From Perkinsela sp. CCAP 1560/9 (taxonomy: Eukaryota; Protista; Euglenozoa: Kinetoplastea): a stretch of DNA of 64,000 nucleotides. How positions within the stretch are numbered: the first letter of the stretch is position 1; every line of letters starts with the position of its first letter. A program made the translations under genes and the position numbers. The DNA is taken from positions 248,001 to 312,000 of the forward strand of contig CBFFSA010000010.1 in the NCBI GenBank assembly GCA_965644495.1, read 5' to 3'. Shown here one piece after another: positions 12,061-23,700 of the stretch. The notes below the pieces were generated by a model. It worked only from the letters and a program-made list of their open reading frames with translations. It ran no database searches and had not been told where the DNA came from.

Positions 12061-12867
12061 CACATGCATAATGCGGAGTTCACGCGAAGTTCCGAGGTGG
12101 TGCTAAAAACCTTGACACGGCATTGTGTGGATGTGTTAACCTTTGAGTTGTATAATTTTTATATCTGGGACGTGATGCCGCATCTCACGACCGTATGGGA
12201 TATTTATCTGAGCGCGCGCGGGACGATGAGTGAGGAGGCACAGCGAATGAAGCAGACGATCTTTTTCGACACACGCGGAGATAAAAGGGAGAAGAGGGAA
12301 GGTAACGTAGACAGTGGACATGAGGAACAGTACACCCCTCTACCCTCCGATGCCCCGCAGGATAGCTTAGACACACTTTTCCACCGGATAGAGGCAGAGC
12401 ACTCCAAAACTTCTGTTCCCCCCAGTACTATGGCTCCCTCCGTCCCCTGGCTTCCGCCCTGTGCATGTGTCACTCTCTCCCTTACCCCAGGTACTGTCAG
12501 TTCACGCATTGTCAAAATTCATCGAGAGGTATTCTCCAAAGAACCTCTTCTTAAATTATTTCCGACCATCCAGCTTGGAAAACGTACACGTCCCCCGGGG
12601 GTGTTACAGAGCCAAGGCTCCAGTCCTCAGGAGGGTACGGGTGGGTTGCGCCCCAAACTCTTAGAGGAACTGGCGGCTCGTTGTCGTGTAGGCACAAAAG
12701 CGGAACCCACAGAGGAGACTGCGGTGCCGCGAGCAAAGAAAACGACAAGAATAGAGGTGAGCAGCCGCCCGAAACCAACCGAGGAGGTTGACGTAGGAGG
12801 CGTCAGGAAGGTCCCTGTGCCTCGTGTGCGGGCTTCAAAGCTGGCACCCGTGATTACAATCAGCTAG
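11368..12867 (+). CDS. KREPB-family (B4-B10-like) RNA editing complex protein: U1-like Zn finger plus degenerate RNase III domain
   Basis: HCILCRLPVPRWVPHLLTPRH Zn finger; YEYRGRAVLRREVTLLLFRLYP resembles the RNase III signature LEFLGDAVL with the catalytic D lost; Arg/Ser-rich transit-like N-terminus. Confidence 0.6.
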   Translation: MKPALFAPTPYLRRSAFSSSLTPLSLPSSLSPTSPSPPTTPHDLRRTHCILCRLPVPRWVPHLLTPRHIALRTLGSHFHSFQPARSRHLLETGLQAALGISSSVLAQERTFPNETRRYQLAALVEQLLGQEVFPMGGEEQEGGRKESQTAKGSPVSRGTPGTNISKVYEYRGRAVLRREVTLLLFRLYPHWNAIQIGALAQEVVSDKNVKAVAEVLGMDRKAQGYLLAVMGHMHNAEFTRSSEVVLKTLTRHCVDVLTFELYNFYIWDVMPHLTTVWDIYLSARGTMSEEAQRMKQTIFFDTRGDKREKREGNVDSGHEEQYTPLPSDAPQDSLDTLFHRIEAEHSKTSVPPSTMAPSVPWLPPCACVTLSLTPGTVSSRIVKIHREVFSKEPLLKLFPTIQLGKRTRPPGVLQSQGSSPQEGTGGLRPKLLEELAARCRVGTKAEPTEETAVPRAKKTTRIEVSSRPKPTEEVDVGGVRKVPVPRVRASKLAPVITIS

Positions 12868-13199
12868 TGCATGGGCTGTAAGACAATCAGGGAGTGGAGT
12901 ACAAGTGCCGCGTTTGCACACTTGGGTGAGAAAGATATTTGATCATCGGCTAATACCTCTGTATTTTACCAAGTTTTGAACTTGTTTAACGCCTTTCTTC
13001 GATTCACGCAAATAGATTTTACTGTAGCCTCAAAAATAGACATGTAGATAAGTCCTTCCCCGTCTTAGCACTTTTCAGTGTAATAATCCAACATCTAAAA
13101 CTGAACATGAACGCCACGAATTCATCGAGTCACTTCTTTTGTGCACCATTTCCACCTTTATTTCGCCTTCTAAAAAGCATTTCACCTTAATTACTTCCT

Positions 13200-14250
13200 T
13201 TTCTCACCTCTTCCCCCCCCCCCCATGAAACGAAAACGAACCTCCTCCTCCTCCCGTAAACCGGGATCCAAACCCCAACGCGCACGAACCCCCAACGCCC
13301 TCGACCCCTCCACCCTGGCCCTACGCGACCGACGGCTACGCACCCAACGTAACCGCGTGGCCCGCTCCGAGGCCTACCACCGCCTGCGTGGGGCCAAGGC
13401 CGAGGCCAAGCGCGCCCGTCGCCTGGCCCGACGCAAAGAAGAAAAGAAAAAAGGACCCGAAAAGTGTCCCAAACCGGTCCCGAAATCCCAGGAGGATTTC
13501 CGCGAACCCGATCCCACCATGGATCAACAAAACGTAATCCCCAGTACGGCGGAGAGTACGGAACTCGCAAAAGCCCCCGTGGATGAGTTTACCCCTCATT
13601 TTACGGGAGAGCTCGCGGGGGGGAGCCCTCGTAAAGTGTTGCTCACCACATGCTACGCCCCCTGTGTGCGCACCAAGCGTGCCATCACGGAGCTCAAGTG
13701 GCTGTTCCCCGGGGCGAAGTACTACCCCCGGGGGCGGTACCCGCTGCGTGAGGTGTGTGGGTACGCGCGGAAGGCGCATTTCACCCATGTGGTGAGTTTG
13801 TCCCAAAGTCATGGACGGGTCGTCGGGATGACCCTGTGTCACCTCCCGACGGGACCGACCATGAAATTTCGCCTCAGTAGTTTGCAACTGGCCAAGGAGA
13901 TTGAGAATGCGGGGGAGCGTACCGGGCATGTCCCGGAGCTGTTTTTGAGGAATTTTGATACCGCAGTGGGGAAGCGGGTGGGGCGGATGCTGTCCTCGAT
14001 GTTTCCGATTGCGCGGGATTTTCGAGGACGCGCGATTGTGTCGATGTTGCATAAAAGGGACTTTATTTTTGTCCGAGCCCATCGGTATATTTTTAAGGAT
14101 ATGGAGGAGGTGGCGATTCAAGAGTTGGGGCCGCGGTTTACGTTACGCCTCACGCATGTGTATAAGGATACCTATCAAAATAGTCACCCTAGCCAAGGGA
14201 AGCACATGGAACTTGAGTGGGAGCGCAAACGAGAGAAGAACCGACGAGAG
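13200..14250. other. C-to-G skew-switch island 3 (centre about 13720)
   Basis: C/A-rich 13200-13520, G/T-rich 13750-14230. Confidence 0.8.
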
Positions 14251-14262
14251 ATAGCCCTTTGA
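13225..14262 (+). CDS. RPF1: Brix-domain ribosome production factor 1
   Basis: KVLLTT, HLPTGPTMKFRLSS, PELFLRNFDTAVGKRVGRML, RDFIFVRAHRYIF, QELGPRFTLRL. Confidence 0.9.
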   Translation: MKRKRTSSSSRKPGSKPQRARTPNALDPSTLALRDRRLRTQRNRVARSEAYHRLRGAKAEAKRARRLARRKEEKKKGPEKCPKPVPKSQEDFREPDPTMDQQNVIPSTAESTELAKAPVDEFTPHFTGELAGGSPRKVLLTTCYAPCVRTKRAITELKWLFPGAKYYPRGRYPLREVCGYARKAHFTHVVSLSQSHGRVVGMTLCHLPTGPTMKFRLSSLQLAKEIENAGERTGHVPELFLRNFDTAVGKRVGRMLSSMFPIARDFRGRAIVSMLHKRDFIFVRAHRYIFKDMEEVAIQELGPRFTLRLTHVYKDTYQNSHPSQGKHMELEWERKREKNRREIAL

Positions 14263-14429
14263 GAGAGGCGTCAATGACGTGTGATACGTCTTAGAGGGTG
14301 GTTAGAGGTTTAAATTATGACGACCAATAATAGAAAATCATGTTTCTTATGTTTTTAAGTGAATACGTCTTTACGTTCCAAAAGATCTACTCTTTTAAGG
14401 AAATTACGTTTCTACTTTGAACTCGGAGA

Positions 14430-16073
14430 ATGCCAACATCTAGTGCATCGAAACAGTGCACTGCAAAACCACGGTGCGACATCGACGCCTCTCTTTTGTT
14501 CCGTTCCGCGATTCTGATCCGAATTTTCTTAGTAGTCTACGGGACCTATCTTCATGATCCAAGCGGATGGCTGCCCCGTTATACGGATGTTGATTATGAT
14601 ATCGTAAACCAAGGATCTTCTTATTTAACAGCTCCCTCTGAAAAGAAAAATGCACGATATCCGTTCTTTAATATTTCATCGGAAAACGACAGGGAAAAAT
14701 CAAAACGTCAGCTACAGACCTACATACAGAGCAATGAAATATTGAACTGTACAAGTCATGCTCTGGATTCGTGGTATACACAATTTAGTCGATTTACAGA
14801 GCAGTGCTGTCACACATTTCTTCCAGAGACAAGTTGTGAGCATTTGAACACATTTCATGGAAGGATTAAGGATATTTTTCAGAATGCGCCGTATTTCCCG
14901 GAACACTCTCCATTTCAACGAGTAACGTACCGCTACTCCTCCCTGCTTGCGCTCATCACAGCCCCAGGTCACTTATTAGGCATTTCATCTCTGTGGGGAA
15001 AGCTTATCTTTTGTGCTTCAGATATTCTTGTAGCTTTGCTATTGCAAAAGATTCTGAGCATCATACTTCATGCTCAGTCCCCTCGCTTGAACTCGAAATC
15101 GCGCATCGGATCTCGTTCCTCAACGAAACAAGAGCTCGACAACACATTGGCTCAGCTTCTCCCCAGTCTGTATTTATTGCACCCTCTCGTGTTGAATATC
15201 TCTACAAGAGGGAATGCGGACAGTCTAACCGCAGCTCTCCCGATGTTATGTACGCTGTATTTCCTGTGTGTGGATCGGCCGATGATTGCAGGGGCACTGT
15301 TTGGACTTGCTACGCATTTGCGTCTCTTTCCTATTCTTTTTACCCCCTTGTTGCTTTTGGGGTCACTCCATCCTCATACAGACACCCTGCTGCCGCGGTT
15401 GCGGGCGAAGACCGTTTTTCTTCTCACTGCCTCCTTTTCATTTCTATGCACCCTTCTGCTCGGCTATCTCGCTTTTGGATTTCAGGCCCTCTATGAGGGC
15501 ATGCTCTACCATTTCTCACGCGTTGACCACCGACATAATCTTTCGCCCTACTTTCTCATGTTTTATTTAAGACCCGACGTGAATTCAGAAGTACACGAGG
15601 CACAAATGTATGCCATCGCCAAACACGTTCCTCTTCTTCTACAGCTCGTTTGTATCCTTACTGTTTTCTATTCCCTACGAGCGCGTCTCCCGGTGGGCTT
15701 GTTCTTTACCGCGCTGCTGTTCGTTACGTTTAATAAAGTCCACACAGTGCAATATGCAGTCTGGTATCTCAGCGTTCTCCCGTTAATCATACCGTACACC
15801 ACATGCGTTGTCGAAACGCATTTGTCGAAACGAAGAGATTCGATCCAAGAGAATCTTAACGCAATGAGAATATACAAACATGCGGTTCGACTCGTGGTGA
15901 AAAGCTCCATGCCGAAGTTGGTCGCTTTGGTGGCTTGGATCATAGGCGCTGCACATTTTGAGTTTGAGGGACGGCTTGATATCTACACTCTCTGGTCGCT
16001 TAGTGCGCTGCATTTTCTTTGCAGCCTGTACCAGATATGGATGTTGATGGGTTCGCTGGTTCGTCGCGCATAG
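14430..16073 (+). CDS. PIGM: GPI mannosyltransferase I (PIG-M/GPI14)
   Basis: RYTDVDY (DXD), SPF.R.TYRY, ISTRGNAD, YHFSRVDHRHNLSPYF, FVTFNKVHTVQY; many TM segments. Confidence 0.95.
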   Translation: MPTSSASKQCTAKPRCDIDASLLFRSAILIRIFLVVYGTYLHDPSGWLPRYTDVDYDIVNQGSSYLTAPSEKKNARYPFFNISSENDREKSKRQLQTYIQSNEILNCTSHALDSWYTQFSRFTEQCCHTFLPETSCEHLNTFHGRIKDIFQNAPYFPEHSPFQRVTYRYSSLLALITAPGHLLGISSLWGKLIFCASDILVALLLQKILSIILHAQSPRLNSKSRIGSRSSTKQELDNTLAQLLPSLYLLHPLVLNISTRGNADSLTAALPMLCTLYFLCVDRPMIAGALFGLATHLRLFPILFTPLLLLGSLHPHTDTLLPRLRAKTVFLLTASFSFLCTLLLGYLAFGFQALYEGMLYHFSRVDHRHNLSPYFLMFYLRPDVNSEVHEAQMYAIAKHVPLLLQLVCILTVFYSLRARLPVGLFFTALLFVTFNKVHTVQYAVWYLSVLPLIIPYTTCVVETHLSKRRDSIQENLNAMRIYKHAVRLVVKSSMPKLVALVAWIIGAAHFEFEGRLDIYTLWSLSALHFLCSLYQIWMLMGSLVRRA

Positions 16074-16501
16074 CCACCGTTTTTGCGATGTTGTGCTGTG
16101 TAACCTACATGTAGGGCGAGTCATGTAGAACCTGGGTTCGGTTCAGATTCCCTGTCTTCTCCATCGTCCCCTCCGGGGGGGGGGGGTAATGGTTTCGGAA
16201 AGAGTGGATAGGATATCGTGCGAAGCAGGAAACCAGTTCAGCCGTGTAATCGGGCCAAAAAGGAGGAAGGGATACATGACAGTTATCACGCGATGGCAGG
16301 CGTCGTCGAGAACTTGTTCCCTGTTACAGCACTAGATGTATTGACGGGTAATTTAATGACGGGGAATATTATTTACGGGATATCGAAAGAAGGCGCGAAT
16401 GAAAATAATACGAATGTGACTCTCTGGGGCAAAGCGAATTATCTCTTTCATGTAAAATAATTTTTTGTACGAAAATAGTATATTCTTTTCTTACTCATAA
16501 T

Positions 16502-17467
16502 ATGGCCACAACGTTTAGCCTGCTACCTGTTTGTTTTATTTTCGCAGCAGACAGACCCCCAGAGCAACCTGCTCAAAAGAGACGAAAATTTGGAAGCAAA
16601 GTTAGCCCAGTTACAATGTCGGAGATCGACATGATGCGTCGGCTCGTCCAGCATGTTGACGACCCCCCTCCCTCGTGGAAGAGGAAGTCCGCATGTTCTT
16701 GGAAAGGAGTATCGTGCAACCGTGAATCACAAGTCACACAACTCTGGTGGAATGCAATCGGACTTTCCGGGAACGTGACATGGAATTTTCTACCTCCCCA
16801 CGTTATATTGGTTATGGCGCCCTGTCATCAGAAGAAAGCAGGACTCACTGGGACATTGTCCTCTACAGATTTGCCTGCTCCATTGAGACTGTTGAACGTT
16901 GCGGGGCACCTCCATGAAGGTGTATTCGATTTCACTGCACTTCCCGCCTCTATGGCAGATTTTATTATACACAAAAATCGTCTGCGAGGCCCGGTCGACC
17001 TCACTGAGTTACCCCCGAATATAAACAGCTTTAATGCCGGTTACAACCAGTTTCAGGGTACGATTGATCTTTCTTCGTTACCCGCCACTCTCTACCATAT
17101 TAACTTGAACAATAATCAATTAAGTGGTGTACTTAATCTTGACAATCTCCCAAAAGCACTGTGCCAGCTAGAATTTGAAGGGAATTTATTTGAGAGTGTT
17201 ATAAACATTTCGTCTTCTCGTGGGGGTTTGAAAGCCTTAGATGTTTCAAATAATAAAATCAGTGGAGTCGTGGATCTGACAGGAAATGGTCTAGAAGAGA
17301 TAGACATTAACCTTTCCCACAATCCGATTGAGGCGGTGATCTACAAAGCATTGATACCTCAGACCAGTCAGGGTGCGTATCATAATATAGACAGTTCCGT
17401 TAACCGGTATACCCCACAAACGTATGTTGCTTTCATCTCAGCTAAATCTGACAAGAGTGATGCGTGA
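16502..17467 (+). CDS. Leucine-rich repeat protein
   Basis: PSW....ACSWKGVSC cap and about 7 LRRs (N.L.G.VDLT.LP). Confidence 0.9.
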   Translation: MATTFSLLPVCFIFAADRPPEQPAQKRRKFGSKVSPVTMSEIDMMRRLVQHVDDPPPSWKRKSACSWKGVSCNRESQVTQLWWNAIGLSGNVTWNFLPPHVILVMAPCHQKKAGLTGTLSSTDLPAPLRLLNVAGHLHEGVFDFTALPASMADFIIHKNRLRGPVDLTELPPNINSFNAGYNQFQGTIDLSSLPATLYHINLNNNQLSGVLNLDNLPKALCQLEFEGNLFESVINISSSRGGLKALDVSNNKISGVVDLTGNGLEEIDINLSHNPIEAVIYKALIPQTSQGAYHNIDSSVNRYTPQTYVAFISAKSDKSDA

Positions 17468-17495
17468 TCCAAGTCAAATGTCATCCTCTAATACA

Positions 17496-17806
17496 CTGTG
17501 ACCCCCCCCCATTTATACTTCGCTGGTCAGACCCCCCCTTTATACTTCGTTTTTCGTGTGCGCCCCCCGAAGGGGGACGATTGTTTTTAAAAACAATTCG
17601 TAAATTTTCTAAATTTTTTAGAAAAAAACAAAAATGTTCTAAGTCTTCCCATGAGATGGAAGGTGATACAATGGAAAGGCAGGAAAACTGGATGAACCGC
17701 GCAGCGAAGCGGTGCGGCCTTTTTTTATAGCGGGGAAAAAGTTCAGACCCCCCGTTTATACTTCGTTACAGCTCGAAATGGGCGAAGTATAAAGGGTGGG
17801 TCACAG
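17496..17806. mobile_element. MITE, CTGT(G/C)ACCCCCC family
   Basis: CTGTGACCCCCCCCCATTTATACTTCG ... CGAAGTATAAAGGGTGGGTCACAG+TA. Left flank is CA. Confidence 0.8.
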
Positions 17807-17886
17807 TATGATAGAAATGATGAATATTTGTACATGCTTTAAGTCCTAAGACGGAAAAAAATGTGTTCGGTTGTAAGTACTGTTAC

Positions 17887-17931
17887 CCTACCTACCTACC
17901 TACCTACCTACCTACCTACCTACCTACCTAC
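17887..17931 (+). repeat. (CCTA)n microsatellite, about 11 units
   Basis: Direct reading. Confidence 0.95.
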
Positions 17932-18514
17932 ACTGAAGGTATTCCTTCAGTTAAGGGTTTCACAGTTTCCCCTAAAAATATAATTCCTTCCGCTTCCGTC
18001 CCTGATATTTACGGAAATTTTTCAAAAACGTCTTATTTTAGAAGTTCATAAATCCTAATCAATTGTTTGTGAGTATGAGATTTCAGTACTTGGCTAAAAT
18101 ATCCGGATTTAAACCGTCGCAATCCTGTCAGCTCCGGGATTGTCCCATTTTCTAATAAGCGCGCAAAGATATAATAGTAATTGTAGTTGTTAAGCCTCCC
18201 GTCACTGATGTATTTCATCTAGCTATTGATCGTTTTATGTGGGAATTATGCTCTATTCCTTCTTTTTCTTTGTAGTTCGTGTACTTTTTGTTGTGTATTT
18301 TCCTTCTTTTGTGATTGACGATTTGGCGACTGCTTTCTGTTTAAGCACTTTTTGCTTTTCATTGTCGTTACCTTCGCTTGAGGAGTGTATTCTTTTCCTC
18401 TATGGAGTTCCGAGGCGTATGCTCTTATCGACCCTCTTATTGTTTTTGATGAAAATCTATTTTCGCAATTCGAGTACCCCCCACTTATGCCGTTTTGCCA
18501 AAATTTGCGGCTCT

Positions 18515-19883
18515 ATGAGTGAAGGGCACAATAATACACGTGGACAGTATAAAGATTATGTTGTTTCGTAGTCGGTAAGAAGAAGCATGCGCCGGCTTGC
18601 TGTTACGTGCCCAGGCAAAGCCTGAGCCCTTTTGAAGTCTTTGTGTTCGGGCGATCGTCCACAACCCCGTCTTTGTAGCATGAATCAGGGGGAAAATCTC
18701 AAAAATTGTGAAAAAATTGTCTCCCAAAAAACTAAGTATTTTTATGTGCTCCCTATTCCTATTTATGGAGATCAGATTTCTTTGCATCAGAACACACAAT
18801 TCACCCTTCTGCAAGGCCAGGGGCGTCGTCGAAAAAAGGGTGGAGTCACAACGTACGTGAACACTATGCAGCGCGGGGATTTACTAAAGAGATTTGCGAA
18901 GGAAACTGAGGTTGGAAAACCATCTGCTTCTAGCCTTTCGGGAGAGAATCTTCTGTGCGATCGTATGTCACAGCTTCAAGTGCAAAAGGCAAATAATTAT
19001 ACTAAAGAAATGGCAGTGATTAAAGACATTTCACCTTCCACTACGACAGGAATGCTAAATGTGAGATTGCTGTACGAAAGTACTACTCGAGCACAGCCCT
19101 CACGGAGCCGCATGACCGTCACCTGTAAAAAGACATGGGATGACACTTGTTATCGGCGCATGAACGACGCCTTGCTGACGTTTGCCCTAGGTCCCGATCT
19201 CACCACTTTTTCGGAATATATTTATAGAACTTTGCTGGGAAATAATATCAGTCGATACCTCCCCGCCCCGTCCCGTCACAATGTTCATGTCGACGCCCCA
19301 ATGCTCCCAACGTTAAACGAGAGTCAATTGGAAGCCGTTCAAAGTGCGCTGCAGGGTTGTCTCACCCTCATCCAAGGCCCGCCTGGGACCGGCAAGACGA
19401 CAACCAGTGCGACCATAGTCTACCAAATGGTAAAATCGGTGCGTTCCCAAATTCTGGTGTGCTCCCCCAGTAACGTTGCGGTGGATCACATCGCGGAACG
19501 TATTTCCAGCTGTGGCCTTAGCGTTGTCCGGCTGTACTCCCGCAAGAGGGAACTGAGTCCGCTAACCCCGAAGCACCCGTACGACCTCCACGTACGGCTT
19601 GATGAGATGATCAAAACCGACCCTCGTAGATGCGTTTCAAGGACGCGAGAAGAAGTACATTCTGTTTAGTTGTGTACGGAGCAGTCCTAATGGCGGAATC
19701 GGGTTTCTTTCCGAACGCCGTCGTATGAATGTTGCATTGACAAGGGCACAGGAGGGTTTGATTATTGTTGGGAACTCCCACACACTGCGAAAAGATCCCC
19801 TTTGGGGGGAACTTGTTTCCTACTGTTCCGAGCTTTCGGTGCTCATGGAAGGACCGCTGTCCAAACTTGCCACAATGGGTTAA
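18515..19883 (+). pseudogene. UPF1: UPF1/NAM7 helicase pseudogene with internal deletions
   Basis: YRRMNDALLTFA, SEYIYRTLLG, LPTLNESQ, LIQGPPGTGKTTTSATIVY and LVCSPSNVAVD; then, out of frame from about 19626, [19 protein letters not shown]...[10 protein letters not shown]...DPLW...LMEGPL. The CH domain and motifs II-IV are missing. Confidence 0.9.
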
Positions 19884-20702
19884 AGTAAAGGAAAATTCGA
19901 CCTTTTTGAAAAACATTTGCTTTACACCCTAGTTTACACCCTATCTAGAAATCTACTCTTGCATTTCTTAGTACAGTGCCACACACTATCCTCTAATTCC
20001 ATTTCTTTTGTTGATGAGTGTGCCCTTTTTCCACAGAAAACGCTTCTCGTGACAAGCCCGTGCCTTCGAAGCCAGTGCTCGCACTGTGCTTCCGACCAGC
20101 GTGATATACGGCTGAGGGTGAACTGTCATCGACAAGCGAACCCACGACACCCCTGGCATACCATAGAAAATAACGGAAAATGAGTATACAATAGTCATAT
20201 ACAATATTATGTACGTAGATAATGTCCTTTTGTTGAAAAGAAAAATGTCAAGCTAAAAAGTCATAAAGAAGCGAATTTTCTTTTACTTTCACCCCACAAT
20301 GCAATAGTTGCAAGGCTTGAACGCGTAGGTTACAACAATAAAAAAACAAAAAAAACAATAGCATTGTTAAAAGATGCCACCTTTCCTTCTTTTTCTCTTT
20401 TTCCTCTCTTTTTCATAAACGTTTTAGAATATTTAGTAAATAGTTCCCTCTATGTTTAGCTTGCAAATTATCCGAAACATTACCTACATTTATCGTTCCA
20501 TATCTTGAACGAGTTATGGAAGGCATAGAAGCCATGCCCAGGTATGTATTGGACCATTTTAGACAAGAATTATTTAGGTGATTTTCTGCACCTTTGATTA
20601 AAAAGTACTTCCACCTTGCTTTCCTTTTATTGACTAATTCGAGTAGTTTCGTTATTACTCAGTAGGTCTTATTACTACTCTAGGTTTGCTCTGTCGCATG
20701 TA

Positions 20703-23700
20703 ATGAACTTTTCCCTCCCCCGAAGACATTTTCTGAGGATTCGTCCTTCCGTTTTTCACTTGGACCGTACGTGCACAGCAGCAAGATCGCTATGCCACAC
20801 AACCTTTTCTAAGAAACAGCAGGGTGGGAGCTCCTCACCTGTTGGTTCGAAACCGGAGATGGCGCAGTCAGATGCCGTTTTAGGCTGCGCGAAAACATCA
20901 GCTATTCCACAAAAAAGACATCTAAAAGACGTAACCGACGAAACAGGATCTCATGACACGCTTCCTCCAACCTGTTCTGCAGATAATCCGGATACCTCCC
21001 TTGAAGGTCCAATAACCGAACTCTCAGCGGAGTTTTGTCAGCAACTTACCCAAAAGGAATCACAAAATACAATCTCGGAGGAACTTATTCAACGAATTGT
21101 CCCGTCTTCCAGAATGAATATCGAGTTACTTCCTTTTCAAAAAGAAGCAGTGGCTTGGATGGTGCGACGTGAGATTATTTCCAATGGCGGCATACTAGCC
21201 GATTTCCTGGGGCTCGGCAAAACCGTTGAACTCATCGGTCTTATGCTGGCCAACCCGTTGCGGTTACTGCACTCAGATACCCAATTGGCACATGAAATTA
21301 TTCAAAGTGCGGGGCCGGAAGCCTCAAGCGTTGCTCACATGCACCGTATTGTGACAGTAACTCGGTTACTGTATCGCTTGCCTGGGATTGGAAGTTGCTC
21401 ACGGTTTACTCGACCCGGGGAGGATTTACTTGAACTACGGATTCGACTTGATCAAGAGACAGAGAACCTCACTCCGGAGAACCATAAAGAAATTCTTAGC
21501 AAGAGTCTTGCACGTATAGAACCGTGGCTGAAATACGCGGCTCGGTCATTTCCAAACTATCTGCGAAAGTGCCGAGCGTTTTTGGATGCGCCTGTGTCGA
21601 CCAAAGCGGTATGCCAAAATACCTCGGAGCTGCGGACTCTGATTATTGTTCCCAGTGCGATTATTATGCAATGGAAACATGAATTAGAAACCCGCATAAG
21701 ACCGGAGCTAAAGCTTCGTACATTCGTTGCGCATGGGCAAGGGATCAAGAATCTCCCTTCTGCCGTTCTCGAGCAATACGACTTTGTTTTAACCACGTAT
21801 GACACACTTGTGTCTCATGCAGCGGACAGCCTGTGTCGAAAAGACGCTGATCCGGAGTCCGCCCCAGAGGAAAAGTCAGACGAGTCGGAGCTCAACTCTG
21901 TAGAATGGCCATCGGGTGACGGGCACGACACCCACATGGGTGGTTCTAACAACACGGAAGACTTGTGGCGTCGTGACCAATGTGGTCCCATGTTTAATGT
22001 CTACTGGAAGCGGATAATTCTCGACGAAGCCCACATTATTCGTCATTCTACCACGCTACGATGGAAAGCTGTCCACCAACTACTTGGGATGAAACGTTGG
22101 TGCGTGACCGCAACCCCATTGCACAACTCCGTACTCGACTTACAATCCCTCCTTCGCTTTGTGGGGGCGCCGGAGTTGCCCGTGTCCAAGAAGGTGGACA
22201 ACGCGATGTTCCTCAGTGACACCCTGCTACGCCGAAGCCTTGCGCGCTCGCTATGTAACGTTGTGCTCCGACGCGAGCCCGTGATGCCCATCACTACACG
22301 TGGCCCACGTGGCACCGACTCCAAACCCGCCTTTCGCACCTTAGTGGCCCTTCCGCCCAAACACGAGTTTGTGGACTTGTGTACCCCCACGGGGCTGGAA
22401 GCTTCCCTGTACAACCGTATCATACAACGGACCCAGACCAAACTCTCCCGGTCCACGAGCTCCAAAACGGCCATGTCGGTTTTCGCCATGCTCTGCCGGC
22501 TGCGTCAGGTCTGTTGTCATCCCTGGCTCGTGGAGGGGGCGGACCTGACCGAGGACGATGTCTTGTGTGACATTTGCGAACAAGTGTTGGAGTACCCTGT
22601 TCGCACCCCCTGTGGACACTCCCTGTGTCATCCATGCCTGAACGCGGCCTTCGAGCGCGCCGCCGACCCTCCCCCCTCAAAGATCGAAAGCACCACCCCA
22701 GGCGCGGATACCCTCTACGAAGTACCGCACTCACCTCAACACCCCCTCGATGGTCCACTCCCCCATTCCGCCCATCTCATGCTGGGCAACCCCCCGACGA
22801 AATCCACCCCAACCGCACCCCCCTCCCGGGGTCCCCCCCCCGAGCCCAACGCTTCCACCCCCTCCCCCACCCCCATCCGCATCCCCTGCCCCCACCCCGG
22901 CTGCCCCGCCTTCCTCACCCGCGCCACCCTCCGCGCCTCCTCCCCCCGCCCCCCGCTCGACCTCGACGCCCGCCGCGCCCTCTACCGCGCCCGCCCCTTC
23001 CACTCCAGCAGCAAACTCGACATGCTGCTCGCCATCCTCTCCTCCACCCGCGCCGCCCACCCCCACGACAAGATCCTCCTCTTCTCCCACTTCGTCTCCT
23101 TCCTGGCCATCCTCGAGATCGCGCTCTCCCGAAGCAACATCCCCAGCCTCTCCCTCCACGGGTCGCTCCCCCCGGCGGAGCGCGCCGCGGTGCTCCACAC
23201 CTTCGCCACGGACCCCTCGGTGGGTGTCCTGCTCGCGAGTAAGATGGCCTCGGGGGTGGGGCTGAACCTCACGGCGGCCAACCACGTGGTGGTCGCGGAC
23301 CCGTGGTGGAACCCCGCGGTGGAGGAGCAGGCCGTGGGAAGGGCCCACCGGATCGGACAAACCAAGGAGGTGTTCGTCCACCGGTGCGTGACGAAGGGGA
23401 GCGTGGAGGGGCTGTGTGTGGGGATCGCGGCACGGAAGAGGGTGGTGGGGGAGGGGGTGCTGAGGGGGGCGATGGGGGGAGGGGGAGGGGGGGAGGGGGG
23501 GGAGGGGGTGTGGAAGGGGGAGAAAAAGACGGTGCCGGTGATTCGGTATCATAGGGGGAAGGGGGAAGGGGGTGGGGAAGGGGGGGAGGAGGGGGTGGAG
23601 GGGTTGTTGCATTCGGGGACGATTCAACGTATGGCGCAGACGTTGTTAGGGGGTGGGGTGGGACAAGGGAGGGGGGTGGAGGAGGGGAGGGAGGTGATGG

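Noticed and set aside
16110-16165. tRNA-like end (GGTTCAGATTCCC...TCCA)
   Set aside because: No acceptor, D or anticodon stems could be built.
17887-17931. Telomere-like repeat
   Set aside because: The unit is CCTA, not CCCTAA; a short internal microsatellite.
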